Origin: Alphaproteobacteria bacterium
GTDB taxonomy: Bacteria; Pseudomonadota; Alphaproteobacteria; GCA-2731375
Reading direction: 5' to 3'
Length of the DNA stretch: 64,000 nt
Assembly (NCBI GenBank): GCA_016776605.1
Contig: JADHTB010000002.1
Span: 130,842-194,841, forward strand
Shown here: positions 20,785-30,269 of the stretch, piece after piece
How the letters are laid out: every line of letters starts with the position of its first letter
Numbering within the stretch: position 1 is the stretch's first letter
Notes under the pieces: generated by a model
The model's input: only the letters and a program-made list of their open reading frames with translations
Database searches by the model: none
What the model was told of the DNA's origin: nothing
Translations under genes and position numbers: made by a program

Positions 20785-22680
20785 CTAACCTTCAAGCTGT
20801 GCTAAGGCGTCTTTGAGCTTGTGAATTACCTCTTTTTTGCCCGCCTGGTTCAATCGGTCGCAGTTGATGGTCAGCGACAAGCCATCTTGTTCGCTATGGA
20901 TAATCCGGCCCTCGGCGGCAAGCTCGTCATAGATGCCTTTGACGCTGAAGGTCTTAATCGGTTTGGGAAAGCCTTTCATGGTGATGGCCTCTCGCTCTTC
21001 TGCCAATAACCAGTCCTTGACTAAGGAATAGGTTTCCGCAGCAATCAGAATACCACCGGCATCGGCATTGGCTTCCAATCTGGCCGCCAAATTCACCTCG
21101 CCCCCGATGATGGTATAATCCATGCGGTCTTCGTTGCCGAAGTTGCCCACGGTACAATAGCCAGTGTTGATACCCATACGGGCTTCGAAGGGACGATCGA
21201 TCAGGCCTTGCGCGCGCCATCGCTCCTGCAGTTCAGCTAAGCGACGTTGCATGACGATCGCCATCCGCACACAGGCGGCAGCATCCTCCTTTACACCCTT
21301 GCTTTCTGAGTCTCCGAAATAGAACATCATCGCATCGCCGATGAATTTGTCGAAATAGGCGCCATGCTCCTGGGCGATCTTTGACATCTCAGTCAGATAC
21401 TGATTCAGCAAAGCGGTTAATTCTTCTGATTCCAGTTGGTCGGTGATCGCGGTAAAATTGACGATATCGGAAAAGAAAATTGTCAGCTTTTTGCGCTTGG
21501 ACTCGATCTCGACCTTCTGTTCGCCGCTGAAAATCGATTTGTAGAGCTGCGGAGAGATATATTTTGACAGTTGACCCGATACCGCCGCCAAGGTCTGGCT
21601 GGTTTCCTCCGCCCTCTGTTTGGCCTCGAGCGTTTCGGCCTCGGCACGCTTTCGGTCATCGATAACGTAGATGGCATTGAGCCAGCAATCTTCGTCTTCA
21701 TATCGCAACGGCAGCGAGGATAATAATGCCCAGAAGGGTTCGCCTTGAGCGTTTTTGAGTTGTACTTCGTATTCTTGCAGCCGGCCCTTTTCCGTCTGCA
21801 ATTCTGCCATCACCTCCTGGTCGTCGGGGTTCACGAAAAAATCTCGAATGGCAAGCCCGCCGGCACCGCCAGTGGGAATGCCAAATTGGCGGGATGCGGT
21901 CTCCGAGGCCTCCAGCGCTCCGGTTTCTCGAGTGAGCACCAATGGAAATGGGATCGCCGCGAGCATCGAACGCATGGCCTCCGTTTCTCGTTGGTGAACC
22001 TCGGCTTCCGCCTTTATCTTCTCCAAGCCTAATCGTACCGACGCTGTCGTCTCTCGCCAGCTTTGCCAAGCGGATCGTGCGATGGCGCCGGCGCCGGCGA
22101 TAGCCACGAAAAGCAATAGGTCCGGCCTCAAAATGCCGTTGAGCAACGCGGCAGCGACACCTGCCAGTAACATGGGTCCAAAATAGGCGATGGCCGCCAG
22201 AGGCAGGCTTGGCATCAGAGCTGCCGCGCCAAAGCCTAGAAAAAACATGACCATGAGGAGGACAATGCCGTTGATCGTGCCCACATTCGAGATCATCAAA
22301 TAGTACGAAATAGCCCAGGCAAATCCCAGCAGGAAGGAATGGATTACAATCAGGCGAATGCGCCGCTTGCTGACCCGGGTTGGCCGCGCCTGGCCACGCA
22401 ATCCCACGTAACTGCGCAGCACGGGTAAAAGCAGCAGTAACACGGCAACCAAAAAATACACCGCATAGCTGGTGATCGAGGCAGCCCAATCTGTATAAAC
22501 GACGATCGCGACCGCAGCCGTATTACCAAACAACAGAACCGGCATATTCCCTTGAGTCTGCACCGATTGCACGATGCGGATTTCCGCCGCGATAGCATCA
22601 TCACTTATCAGAGAGCCGTGCGTTTGAGTTTCGTTCCCTGCCGATTGTTCGACTTCCGCGATTTCTGTTGCCGCTGTCAT
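20785..22680 (-). CDS. Membrane-anchored PAS-domain class III adenylate cyclase
   Basis: Multiple N-terminal TMs, PAS-like segment, FSDIVNFT, DKFIGDA and DYTIIGGEVNLAARLE. Confidence 0.9.
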   Translation of the reverse strand: MTAATEIAEVEQSAGNETQTHGSLISDDAIAAEIRIVQSVQTQGNMPVLLFGNTAAVAIVVYTDWAASITSYAVYFLVAVLLLLLPVLRSYVGLRGQARPTRVSKRRIRLIVIHSFLLGFAWAISYYLMISNVGTINGIVLLMVMFFLGFGAAALMPSLPLAAIAYFGPMLLAGVAAALLNGILRPDLLLFVAIAGAGAIARSAWQSWRETTASVRLGLEKIKAEAEVHQRETEAMRSMLAAIPFPLVLTRETGALEASETASRQFGIPTGGAGGLAIRDFFVNPDDQEVMAELQTEKGRLQEYEVQLKNAQGEPFWALLSSLPLRYEDEDCWLNAIYVIDDRKRAEAETLEAKQRAEETSQTLAAVSGQLSKYISPQLYKSIFSGEQKVEIESKRKKLTIFFSDIVNFTAITDQLESEELTALLNQYLTEMSKIAQEHGAYFDKFIGDAMMFYFGDSESKGVKEDAAACVRMAIVMQRRLAELQERWRAQGLIDRPFEARMGINTGYCTVGNFGNEDRMDYTIIGGEVNLAARLEANADAGGILIAAETYSLVKDWLLAEEREAITMKGFPKPIKTFSVKGIYDELAAEGRIIHSEQDGLSLTINCDRLNQAGKKEVIHKLKDALAQLEG

Positions 22681-22806
22681 ATTTGCTCCCCAAAAAAAAT
22701 TTGTTGGGCCGTGAGTTACCCTACATTATCCACGGTATCGACGTACCAATACTTTAAACCCGAATTGAATTGACCTTGCCCGCACGATGAAAAATTCGAA
22801 CGTGGA

Positions 22807-23061
22807 TTAAGTGGACCAGAATATCCCGGATCTGCCTTGGTCTCTATCTGGATCGCCATGTTCCCGTTGGGAACCGGGTAATTGCGGCGGGCCGTCGGCG
22901 AAGTTGAACCACGGCAGCATGCTGCCGGCCTAGATGTGATCATCGGGCGTGACCAGGGCGGGATCGTCCAGGATGGCGGCGGCGATGTCCAGTTCGTTAT
23001 CGTGACCGTTCATGGCATAGCGTAAGGCGCCGCAAAGGTGGCCGCCGGTCATCTCCGTCAT
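22807..23061 (-). pseudogene. GFA family gene, internally deleted with a nonsense codon
   Basis: MTEMTGGHLCGALRYAMN joined to LDIAAAILDDPALVTPDDHI*AGSMLPW, where TAG stands at the expected Trp. Confidence 0.72.
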
Positions 23062-23080
23062 AAAATATCACTCCGCTGTA

Positions 23081-23348
23081 TCACCAAACGCCGAAGAAAA
23101 AACCACGCGCCTTGGCTTTGCCGGTGCGCTGCTCCACCATCTCGTGGGTCAGGGTCGTGCGCATGCGCCGGTTGCGCAGTCAGTGAAATAATTTTTCATG
23201 CAACAGGGCGCGCTGTTCCCCATGGGCCGGATCGGCGCCCAGGTCGTTTTGCTCGGACGGATCCGCGGCCAGATGGAACAATTGCGGGCGAAAGCCTTCA
23301 TAGAAAATATATTTCCAATCCGCCGTGCAAACCATGTAGGCGCGGGCG
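23081..23348 (-). pseudogene. Sulfatase 3'-end duplicate 2
   Basis: ARAYMVCTADWKYIFYEGFRPQLFHLAADP...KLFH*; TGG to TGA relative to the intact gene. Confidence 0.9.
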
Positions 23349-24204
23349 ATCAGTTGGGTGCCGCCAATCAACTGACACCAACGAGGACCCTGGCCGCCCT
23401 GGCTATGGCGAAGTCCGGGCAGATCCTGGATATTAGCCATGTGATCGAGAACGGTGCGCCCTTCATGGGCCCCAATCAGACGCCTTATGTGATCCATTCC
23501 GGCGCCACGGCGCGCAACAGCATGAAAATTCGGGCCGGGCTGGGCGCCACCAACGAGGTCGGCGCTAATCTGGAACGGGTGGGGATGACCATGCACGTGG
23601 ACACCCATATTGATGCCCTGGGCCATTTCAGCATCGGCGAGCATTTATATGGCGGCCATAACATTGACGACAGCGTCGGCGACTTCGGCCTGATCGATCT
23701 GGGTATCGAGAATATTCCGCCCCTGATTACCCGTGGCCTGTGCCTTGATCTTTCCGGCCTGGATGGCGGCGAGCATCTGGCGGCCGGCCGGTCAGCGCCG
23801 ATGATTTGAAACGCGTTTGCGAGACCAGTGACGTCGCACCCCAGGCGGGCGACGCGGTGTTGCTCAAAACCGGCTGGGGCCGTTATTTCATGACCGACAA
23901 CGCCACCTATCTGGAAGGCGAGCCAGGCATTGATGAAAGCGCGGCAAAATGGCTGACCGCCCAGGGCGTGGTCGCCATTGGTGCTGACAACATGGCCCTG
24001 GAGGTTTTGCCCGGCACCAATCATCCGGAAATCATGATGCCCGTGCATCAACATTGCCTGGTCGAGGCCGGGGTCCACATCATCGAAAACATGGTGTTGG
24101 CCGATCTGGCCCGCGATGGGGTGACCAGTTTTTGCTTTGTCGTCCTGCCGGTGAAGTTCAAGGGCGCCACGGGCTGCCCGGTACGGCCCGTCGCCATTCT
24201 GTAG
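23345..24204 (+). pseudogene. Cyclase family gene copy B: 5'-truncated and frameshifted
   Basis: Diverged copy of 18038-18940; split into ORFs 23198-23809 and 23806-24204; HVDTHID instead of HVGTHID. Confidence 0.85.
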
Positions 24205-24268
24205 GATGGCGGTGCCGTCCACCCCGTCATTGCCGGCTGGAAAAAACATAATCGAAGGGAAGGCGCAT

Positions 24269-24658
24269 ATGACAACGGCGATTGATTTGGAAACCGCGCT
24301 GGCAGAAAGAACGACCTTCCTGGAAGGCCGCACCCGGCATACCGACACCACGGGCTATTTTGCCAGGCTTGCTGACTACCGGGACGGCGGCATCTTCGCG
24401 GCTGGTTTTTCCGGTACCTCCCAATGGGAACGCCACCCGAATGGCGATGAAATCGTTCAAATTTTGAAAGGCAGCGTTAGCTTGACGCTGCGAACGGCCG
24501 GGGGCGACGAAAAACTGGATCTGAAAGCCGGCATGATCGTCATCGTGCCGCAAGGAACCTGGCACCAGTTCACGGCGCCCGATGGTGTCACCCTCATGAC
24601 CACGACACCGCAACCAACAGAACACATTAGCGACGCGGAACCGCCCCTGGACGATTAG
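24269..24658 (+). CDS. Cupin domain protein (copy B)
   Basis: Nearly identical protein to 19059-19448 (A2T and I to T). Confidence 0.85.
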   Translation: MTTAIDLETALAERTTFLEGRTRHTDTTGYFARLADYRDGGIFAAGFSGTSQWERHPNGDEIVQILKGSVSLTLRTAGGDEKLDLKAGMIVIVPQGTWHQFTAPDGVTLMTTTPQPTEHISDAEPPLDD

Positions 24659-24675
24659 AGGGCGCGAACATCCCA

Positions 24676-25021
24676 GGAAATTGTATAATTTCGCATCTGC
24701 CTGAGGCATGGCGGGCAAGGTGACGCTATATGATTTGCCCGGTTTGCGCGATATTATGCACATGATTAGGCATCAGGCAGTAGGCCCAGCCTGCGACATC
24801 GGCGCGGACGCAATATTTGGCTAGCAAGCGCCGATAGGCGCGATAATCGCGGTATCAAATTGCGGCGTCAAAAAAAACCTCCAGCCGCCGGTTACCGCGC
24901 TGCGTCACATGATGCGGATGCCCTAGTACAGCAATGCGTGCTATTCTTGCCAACACTCCATTGCAAACGAAAAATCCACAGGAGGGTATTATTGTATACC
25001 GTCCCCGTGATTCCCGTGATT
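24676..25021 (-). mobile_element. Degenerate REP-associated tyrosine transposase (RAYT, HUH Y1) unit A
   Basis: From TTG 24953 with GGAG RBS: ARIARIAVLGHPHHVTQRGNRRLEVFFDAAI*YRDYRAYRRLLAKYC...WAYCLMPNHVH, then an RKPG tail; flanked by REP-like motifs. Confidence 0.85.
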
Positions 25022-25049
25022 ACTACCAAAAGAGAAGCGGTCTCGAAAG

Positions 25050-26267
25050 ATGCAGCAACACACACCGCTGAATAATAGCACCATTCTTTCGGTATTTATC
25101 GCACGGGTCTTCTTATTCACACCTTTCATGACTGTCGCCGGCTGTATACCGATCCTGATGGAGGAATGGGGGATCGGTGCGGCGAAGGTAAGCTCCATCG
25201 TGTCGAGCTTCTATTTCGCCTATGCGTTCTCGCTGTTGGGCTTCTCCTGGCTCGGTGATCGCATTGGCGCGAAGCGCACGGTGTTACTCTCGGCATGTGC
25301 GACCGTGTTCGCAGGCGCCGCCTTCGCGGTCTTTGCCGAAGATTTCATGTCCAGTCTCATCCTCTACGGCCTGATCGGTCTCTGCCAAGGCGGGGTGTAT
25401 GGGCCCTTGATTATGCTCTTTCGGGAAAATGTACCGTCTGATCGCCTGGGCAGCGCCATTGGCTGGCTCATTGCCTCGACGTCGATTGGCTATGCGGCCT
25501 CCATCGCGCTTACGGGCCTGTTCGTCGGGATTTCAGGCTGGCGCATGGCGTTCATGGCAACCGGTCTGTTACCGATTGCCGGCACCGCAATTTTGCTGGT
25601 GGCGGTCAAACAGCTCCCCAATACCGTTCATCCGCGAACATCCGATACCGGGTTCTGGCGGCAAATCCGTCAAAATCGCCCGGCAAGACAATTAATTGCC
25701 GCATACACATGCCACAATTGGGAACTGCTCGGCATGTGGACTTGGGCGCCAGCACTTATCGCTGCCAGTTTCGTCATGAGCGGAGAAACCACGACCGTGG
25801 CATCGGGGTGGAGCGCACAAGTCGTAACAGCCCTGCATCTAGGTGGTGCCATTGCGGCCTACGCCATGGGCAGGCTGTCTGACAGAGTGGGTCGAAGGTC
25901 CGTATTGATATGGGTCGCGGCGATCGCCGCCGGGTTTTCCTTTGGCATTGGTTGGTTCGTCACCTTCGCGCCTTACTTGATTGCGGGATTGGCAATCGTC
26001 TATTCCTTCTTCGCCATAGGGGATTCACCGGTTCTATCGACCGCAATGGCCGAACGCGTAGAACCAGGCTCTCTGGGCGCTATGCTCGCGGCACGGTCGT
26101 TGATTGGCTTCATTGTGGGCGCGGCATCGCCCGCCGTCGTCGGTTGGCTGATCGACACGCTCCGCGCCGGTCAGGCGAGCGAAACAGTGGTTTGGGGGTC
26201 CGGCTTCGCCATCCTTGGATTAGGAGGTCTGCTCGCGGTCTTTTTCGCCTTCAGGCTACCAAAATAA
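25050..26267 (+). CDS. MFS transporter
   Basis: About 12 hydrophobic segments; motif A twice (LGDRIGAKR, GRLSDRVGRR); HNWEL.GMW. Confidence 0.9.
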   Translation: MQQHTPLNNSTILSVFIARVFLFTPFMTVAGCIPILMEEWGIGAAKVSSIVSSFYFAYAFSLLGFSWLGDRIGAKRTVLLSACATVFAGAAFAVFAEDFMSSLILYGLIGLCQGGVYGPLIMLFRENVPSDRLGSAIGWLIASTSIGYAASIALTGLFVGISGWRMAFMATGLLPIAGTAILLVAVKQLPNTVHPRTSDTGFWRQIRQNRPARQLIAAYTCHNWELLGMWTWAPALIAASFVMSGETTTVASGWSAQVVTALHLGGAIAAYAMGRLSDRVGRRSVLIWVAAIAAGFSFGIGWFVTFAPYLIAGLAIVYSFFAIGDSPVLSTAMAERVEPGSLGAMLAARSLIGFIVGAASPAVVGWLIDTLRAGQASETVVWGSGFAILGLGGLLAVFFAFRLPK

Positions 26268-26290
26268 CGGTATTCCTAGAGATCATATGC

Positions 26291-26452
26291 GGATAATGGG
26301 GATAGTGTATAATTTCGCATCCGCCTGAGGCATGGCAGGCAAGGTGATGGTATATGGTTTAGCCGGTTTTTCTTGGACGGCCCGGTTTGCGCGGTTTCAC
26401 GCACATGATTAGGCATCAGGTAATAGGCCCGGACCGCGACACCGGCGCGCCC
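26291..26452 (-). mobile_element. Degenerate RAYT unit B (HUH region joined to C-terminal tail)
   Basis: RAGVAVRAYYLMPNHV, then KPRKPGRPRKTG* in a shifted frame; non-coding part aligns with 24680-24735. Confidence 0.8.
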
Positions 26453-26562
26453 GCGGTCCGGCGGCAATCACTGCAATGGCAATGGCTGATCACCAGAATG
26501 GGCGAGGCGTTCATGGCATAGCGTATGGTGCCGCAAAGGCAGCCGCCGGTCATCTGCGTCAT
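26445..26562 (-). pseudogene. GFA family gene, 5' fragment fused to RAYT unit B
   Basis: MTQMTGGCLCGTIRY...SHCHCSDCRRTAGAP. Confidence 0.78.
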
Positions 26563-26581
26563 AAAATATCACTCCGCTCTA

Positions 26582-28159
26582 TCACCAAACGCCGAACAGA
26601 AAACCACGCGCCTTGGCGTTGCCCGTACGCTGCTCCACCATCCCGTGGGTCAAGGTCGTGCGCATGCGCCGGTTGCGCAGCCAGTGAAATAATTTTTCGT
26701 GCAATAGGGCGCGCTGTTCGCCGTGGGCCGGATCGGCGCCCAGGTCGTTTTGCTCGGACGGGTCCGCGGCCAGATGGAACAATTGCGGGCGAAAGCCTTC
26801 ATAGAAAATATATTTCCAAGCCGCCGTGCAAACCATGTAGGCGCGGGCGCCCTCCGGTCCCAACCCCAGGCTTTGCCGGGCTGGATGGAAAGTGTAATCC
26901 GTCTCTGAAAATGCCGCATCGCGCCAATTTTCCACGGCGCCATCGCCACGCAACAGCGGCAACAGAGAGCGTCCCTCCAGGCGATGGGGATGCAGATCAC
27001 CGCCCTGGCTGTCCAGAAAGGTGGGGATCAGATCAATGGCTTCGACCAATCGTTCGTCCACGGCGCCACGGCGGCTATCGGCTGCCGGGTCCGGGTCATA
27101 GATGATCATGGGGATACGGGCGACCTCTTCGTGCAACAGGTCTTTTTCCCCCAGGCCATGATCGCCCAGGTAATCTCCATGGTCCGAGGTGAGGACGATC
27201 ATGGTGTCGTCCAGGCGGCCACGTTCTTCCAGGAATGCCATCAGGCGGCCGAATTGATCGTCGCACTGGCTAATCAGGCCCATATAGGTGGGAATGACCG
27301 TCTGCCGCACCTCGTCGCGGCGGAAATTTTTACTGCCTTCATGGGCCTGAAAGGCGCCGACAACCGGGTGCGGATCGTCCATTTCCCGGGCGCTTTGATT
27401 GGCCGGTAAAATCTGGTTGGCGCCGTACATCTCGTTATAGGGGGCAGGCGCCACATAGGGCCAATGGGGCTTGATCAGGGAAAGATGCAGACACCAGGGA
27501 TCATCCCCCGCCTGATCGATAAATTCCATCGCCCGGTCGGTCATATAGGGCGTCTCGGAATCCTTGTCCTTGACCCGGGCCGGCAGGCGGGCATGGCGCA
27601 TCTGCCAGCCGCTCAAGATTTCGCCGTTCGGCCCCTCGGCTGAATTGGCGAAATCGTGCCAGGGATTGTCGGAAACATAGCCCTTGGCGCGGAGATAATT
27701 GTTATAGGCCAGATTGGGATCGACCGACTGATCCGGATGCAGGCCGTCATCCCGTTCAAACGGCTCGAAACCGCATTGGTTGACCCAAACGCCCAGTTCC
27801 GATGCCTGGTCGATTTTCAAACGCTCCATGCCGGCCCGGTCCGGCACCATATGGGTCTTACCGACCAGGACCGAGCGCATGCCAACCTGGCGCAGATAAT
27901 CGCCCATGGTCCATTGATCGAGGGAAAATGGCACGTTGTTGTAGCCGGCCCCATGGCTGGACATATAACGCCCGGTGTAGAACGAGACGCGGGAAGGGCC
28001 GCACACCGGCGCCTGGCAATAGGCCCGGTTGAAGCGCACGCCGCGCTGGGCAAATGCATCCATATGCGGCGTCTGCAGGGTAGGGTGACCGGCGCAGCCG
28101 AGATAATCCGCCCGCAATTGATCGTACATGACAAATAGGATGTTCTTGATTTTACCCAC
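26582..28159 (-). CDS. Sulfatase / phosphonate monoester hydrolase-like (alkaline phosphatase superfamily)
   Basis: NILFVMYDQLRAD, CGPSR (FGly motif), GKTH, KPHWPY and SDHGDYLGDH. Confidence 0.9.
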   Translation of the reverse strand: MGKIKNILFVMYDQLRADYLGCAGHPTLQTPHMDAFAQRGVRFNRAYCQAPVCGPSRVSFYTGRYMSSHGAGYNNVPFSLDQWTMGDYLRQVGMRSVLVGKTHMVPDRAGMERLKIDQASELGVWVNQCGFEPFERDDGLHPDQSVDPNLAYNNYLRAKGYVSDNPWHDFANSAEGPNGEILSGWQMRHARLPARVKDKDSETPYMTDRAMEFIDQAGDDPWCLHLSLIKPHWPYVAPAPYNEMYGANQILPANQSAREMDDPHPVVGAFQAHEGSKNFRRDEVRQTVIPTYMGLISQCDDQFGRLMAFLEERGRLDDTMIVLTSDHGDYLGDHGLGEKDLLHEEVARIPMIIYDPDPAADSRRGAVDERLVEAIDLIPTFLDSQGGDLHPHRLEGRSLLPLLRGDGAVENWRDAAFSETDYTFHPARQSLGLGPEGARAYMVCTAAWKYIFYEGFRPQLFHLAADPSEQNDLGADPAHGEQRALLHEKLFHWLRNRRMRTTLTHGMVEQRTGNAKARGFLFGVW

Positions 28160-28201
28160 GATCGTTTCTCTCCAAACAGCGATGGTCGGGGAAGGGGTTG
28201 T

Positions 28202-28906
28202 TTATTGCGGGCCGGCTTTTTCCCGGACCGCCGCCATTTTGGCCCGGTCGGTTACGCCGCCCGGGTTGAGATGGGTCGGGATAAATTCCTTGTAGCCGGC
28301 AAAGGTGGTCTGGCCAACGGCGAAGATGCGGGCCAGTTCATTGGGCGCGTCAGGATGATCGTCCACCCGCAGATCCCAATCGGGATAAACCTCCGCGGTG
28401 TGGATCTTCAGCGCCGCCGATTGCCGGCCCCGTTTGTCGCCGCCCGCGCCGTCACCGGCCAGCAGGCTGCGCAACAACCTCTCGGGAAAAGGCAACGCGG
28501 CCTGATCGCGGTATTCTTCCAGGCAGGCCTGCAGCACAGATTTCCCGGCCAGCATATTACCGGCCACGGAAATGTTCGTTGCCGCCATGTCTCCGCACCA
28601 ATCGATGCAGTCATTGCCCGTGTGCGCGGCCCGGTTACCGTGGCTGTCCAGGACGTGGATTTGCCGCACGGCGGCACCGTCATCCTGGCCCCAGGCGGCC
28701 GTCAGGGCCGCCTCCACCGCCTCGCCATTGCCAAGGCGATCCAGTATGGCGGGGCCCAACGTGGGGTTTACCATGGCCTGCGTCGCCACCGCGCCAACGC
28801 CGCTTCTGACCCAGGGCACCAGCGAGCCGACGGCGAAAAAGCGCGAGGCGACGGCGATACCCAGGCTACCGCTGTCCCTGTCACGGGCAATTATCGACCA
28901 AGTCAT
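28202..28906 (-). CDS. DUF1028 (Ntn-hydrolase-like) protein
   Basis: MTWSIIARD, GAVATQA, AGNML, GGDKRGRQSAAL and DLRVDDH. Confidence 0.88.
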   Translation of the reverse strand: MTWSIIARDRDSGSLGIAVASRFFAVGSLVPWVRSGVGAVATQAMVNPTLGPAILDRLGNGEAVEAALTAAWGQDDGAAVRQIHVLDSHGNRAAHTGNDCIDWCGDMAATNISVAGNMLAGKSVLQACLEEYRDQAALPFPERLLRSLLAGDGAGGDKRGRQSAALKIHTAEVYPDWDLRVDDHPDAPNELARIFAVGQTTFAGYKEFIPTHLNPGGVTDRAKMAAVREKAGPQ

Positions 28907-29000
28907 CCCGTCTACCTCTCACAGCCATTGATGCCGTGCTACTGTCATGCAAAATGGGCCCACCGTCCAGACCGGAACAGGCCTTTTTCGGAGTGTTGAA

Positions 29001-30269
29001 ATGACAATTCTACTTGGTGCTATCGCCGACGATTATACCGGCGCCACGGACCTGGCGAACACCCTGGTACGTCAGGGCATGCGTACGGTGCAATTGTTTG
29101 GACCGCCCCCGTCCGGCATGCGCGTGCCGGAGGCTGATGCGGTGGTGATTGCCTTGAAGTCGCGGACCATTCCACCTGCCGATGCGATCGCGCAATCCCT
29201 GGCCGCGCTGGAATGGTTGCAAGGGGCGGGGGCGGAACAGTTCTTTTTTAAATATTGTTCGACCTTTGATTCCACCCCTCAGGGGAATATCGGGCCCGTG
29301 GCCGATGCGTTGCTGGCTGCCCTGAACCAGGATTTCACTATTGCCTGCCCGGCCTTCCCGGAAAATGGCCGCACCATCTGTTATGGCTACCTGTTCGTTG
29401 GCGCGCAGTTGCTTTCGGAATCCGGCATGCGGAATCATCCCCTGACACCCATGACGGATTCCTCCCTTGTCCGTGTATTAGCCGCGCAAACCAGTCATGG
29501 CGTCGGACTGGTGGATCACCGCACGGTCGCGACCGGGTCGAAACGGGTACGGGAAGCCTTCGCCGCCTTGCAGGCAGAGGGTAAGCATCATGCCATTGTC
29601 GATGCCTTGAGCGATGGCGATCTGTTGACCATCGGGGCGGCCTGCGCCGATATGAAATTAATCACCGGTGGTTCCGGTATTGCCCTGGGCCTGCCGGAAA
29701 ACTTTCGCCGGGCGGGCAAGTTGCCTGCCGGCGCCGTGGCGGATCAATTGCCAGCCGTGCCGGGACCGGGCGCGGTGCTTTCGGGCTCCTGCTCCCAGGC
29801 AACACTGGCCCAGGTGGCGTTCATGCAACAAAGCCGGCCGTCTTTTCAACTGGACGTCATGAAGCTGGCGGCGGGCGAGGATCAGGTCGGTGCGGCGCTG
29901 GATTGGGCCATCGAACAATTGGCCCATGGACCGCCGTTGATCTATGCCTCCGCCGCGCCGGCGGATGTGCGTGCGGCGCAGGATAAACTGGGCCGGGCCC
30001 GGGCCGGTGACTTGTTGGAGGCCGCCATGGCCGGGATCGCCAAAGGCCTGATCGCCGCCGGCGTCCGCCGCCTTGTGGTGGCGGGGGGAGAGACCTCCGG
30101 TGCGGTGGTTCAGGCCCTGGGCGTGGACGGCATCCGCATCGGCCCGCAGATCGATCCGGGCGTACCCTGGACGACGACCCTGGGGCAGCCGGAATTGGCC
30201 TTGGCCTTAAAGTCCGGTAATTTCGGGGTTGAGGAGTTTTTCCTTAAGGCATTGGATTGTGCGCCATGA
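29001..30269 (+). CDS. otnK: 3-oxo-tetronate kinase (DUF1537 / YgbK)
   Basis: GAIADDYTGATD, KYCSTFDST..GNIGPV, GGETSG and LKSGNFG. Confidence 0.9.
   Translation: MTILLGAIADDYTGATDLANTLVRQGMRTVQLFGPPPSGMRVPEADAVVIALKSRTIPPADAIAQSLAALEWLQGAGAEQFFFKYCSTFDSTPQGNIGPVADALLAALNQDFTIACPAFPENGRTICYGYLFVGAQLLSESGMRNHPLTPMTDSSLVRVLAAQTSHGVGLVDHRTVATGSKRVREAFAALQAEGKHHAIVDALSDGDLLTIGAACADMKLITGGSGIALGLPENFRRAGKLPAGAVADQLPAVPGPGAVLSGSCSQATLAQVAFMQQSRPSFQLDVMKLAAGEDQVGAALDWAIEQLAHGPPLIYASAAPADVRAAQDKLGRARAGDLLEAAMAGIAKGLIAAGVRRLVVAGGETSGAVVQALGVDGIRIGPQIDPGVPWTTTLGQPELALALKSGNFGVEEFFLKALDCAP

Noticed and set aside
23198..23809. 203-aa ORF that looks like a novel fusion protein
   Set aside because: Its N-terminus is antisense sulfatase DNA running into the truncated cyclase copy; it is a junction artefact, not a gene.
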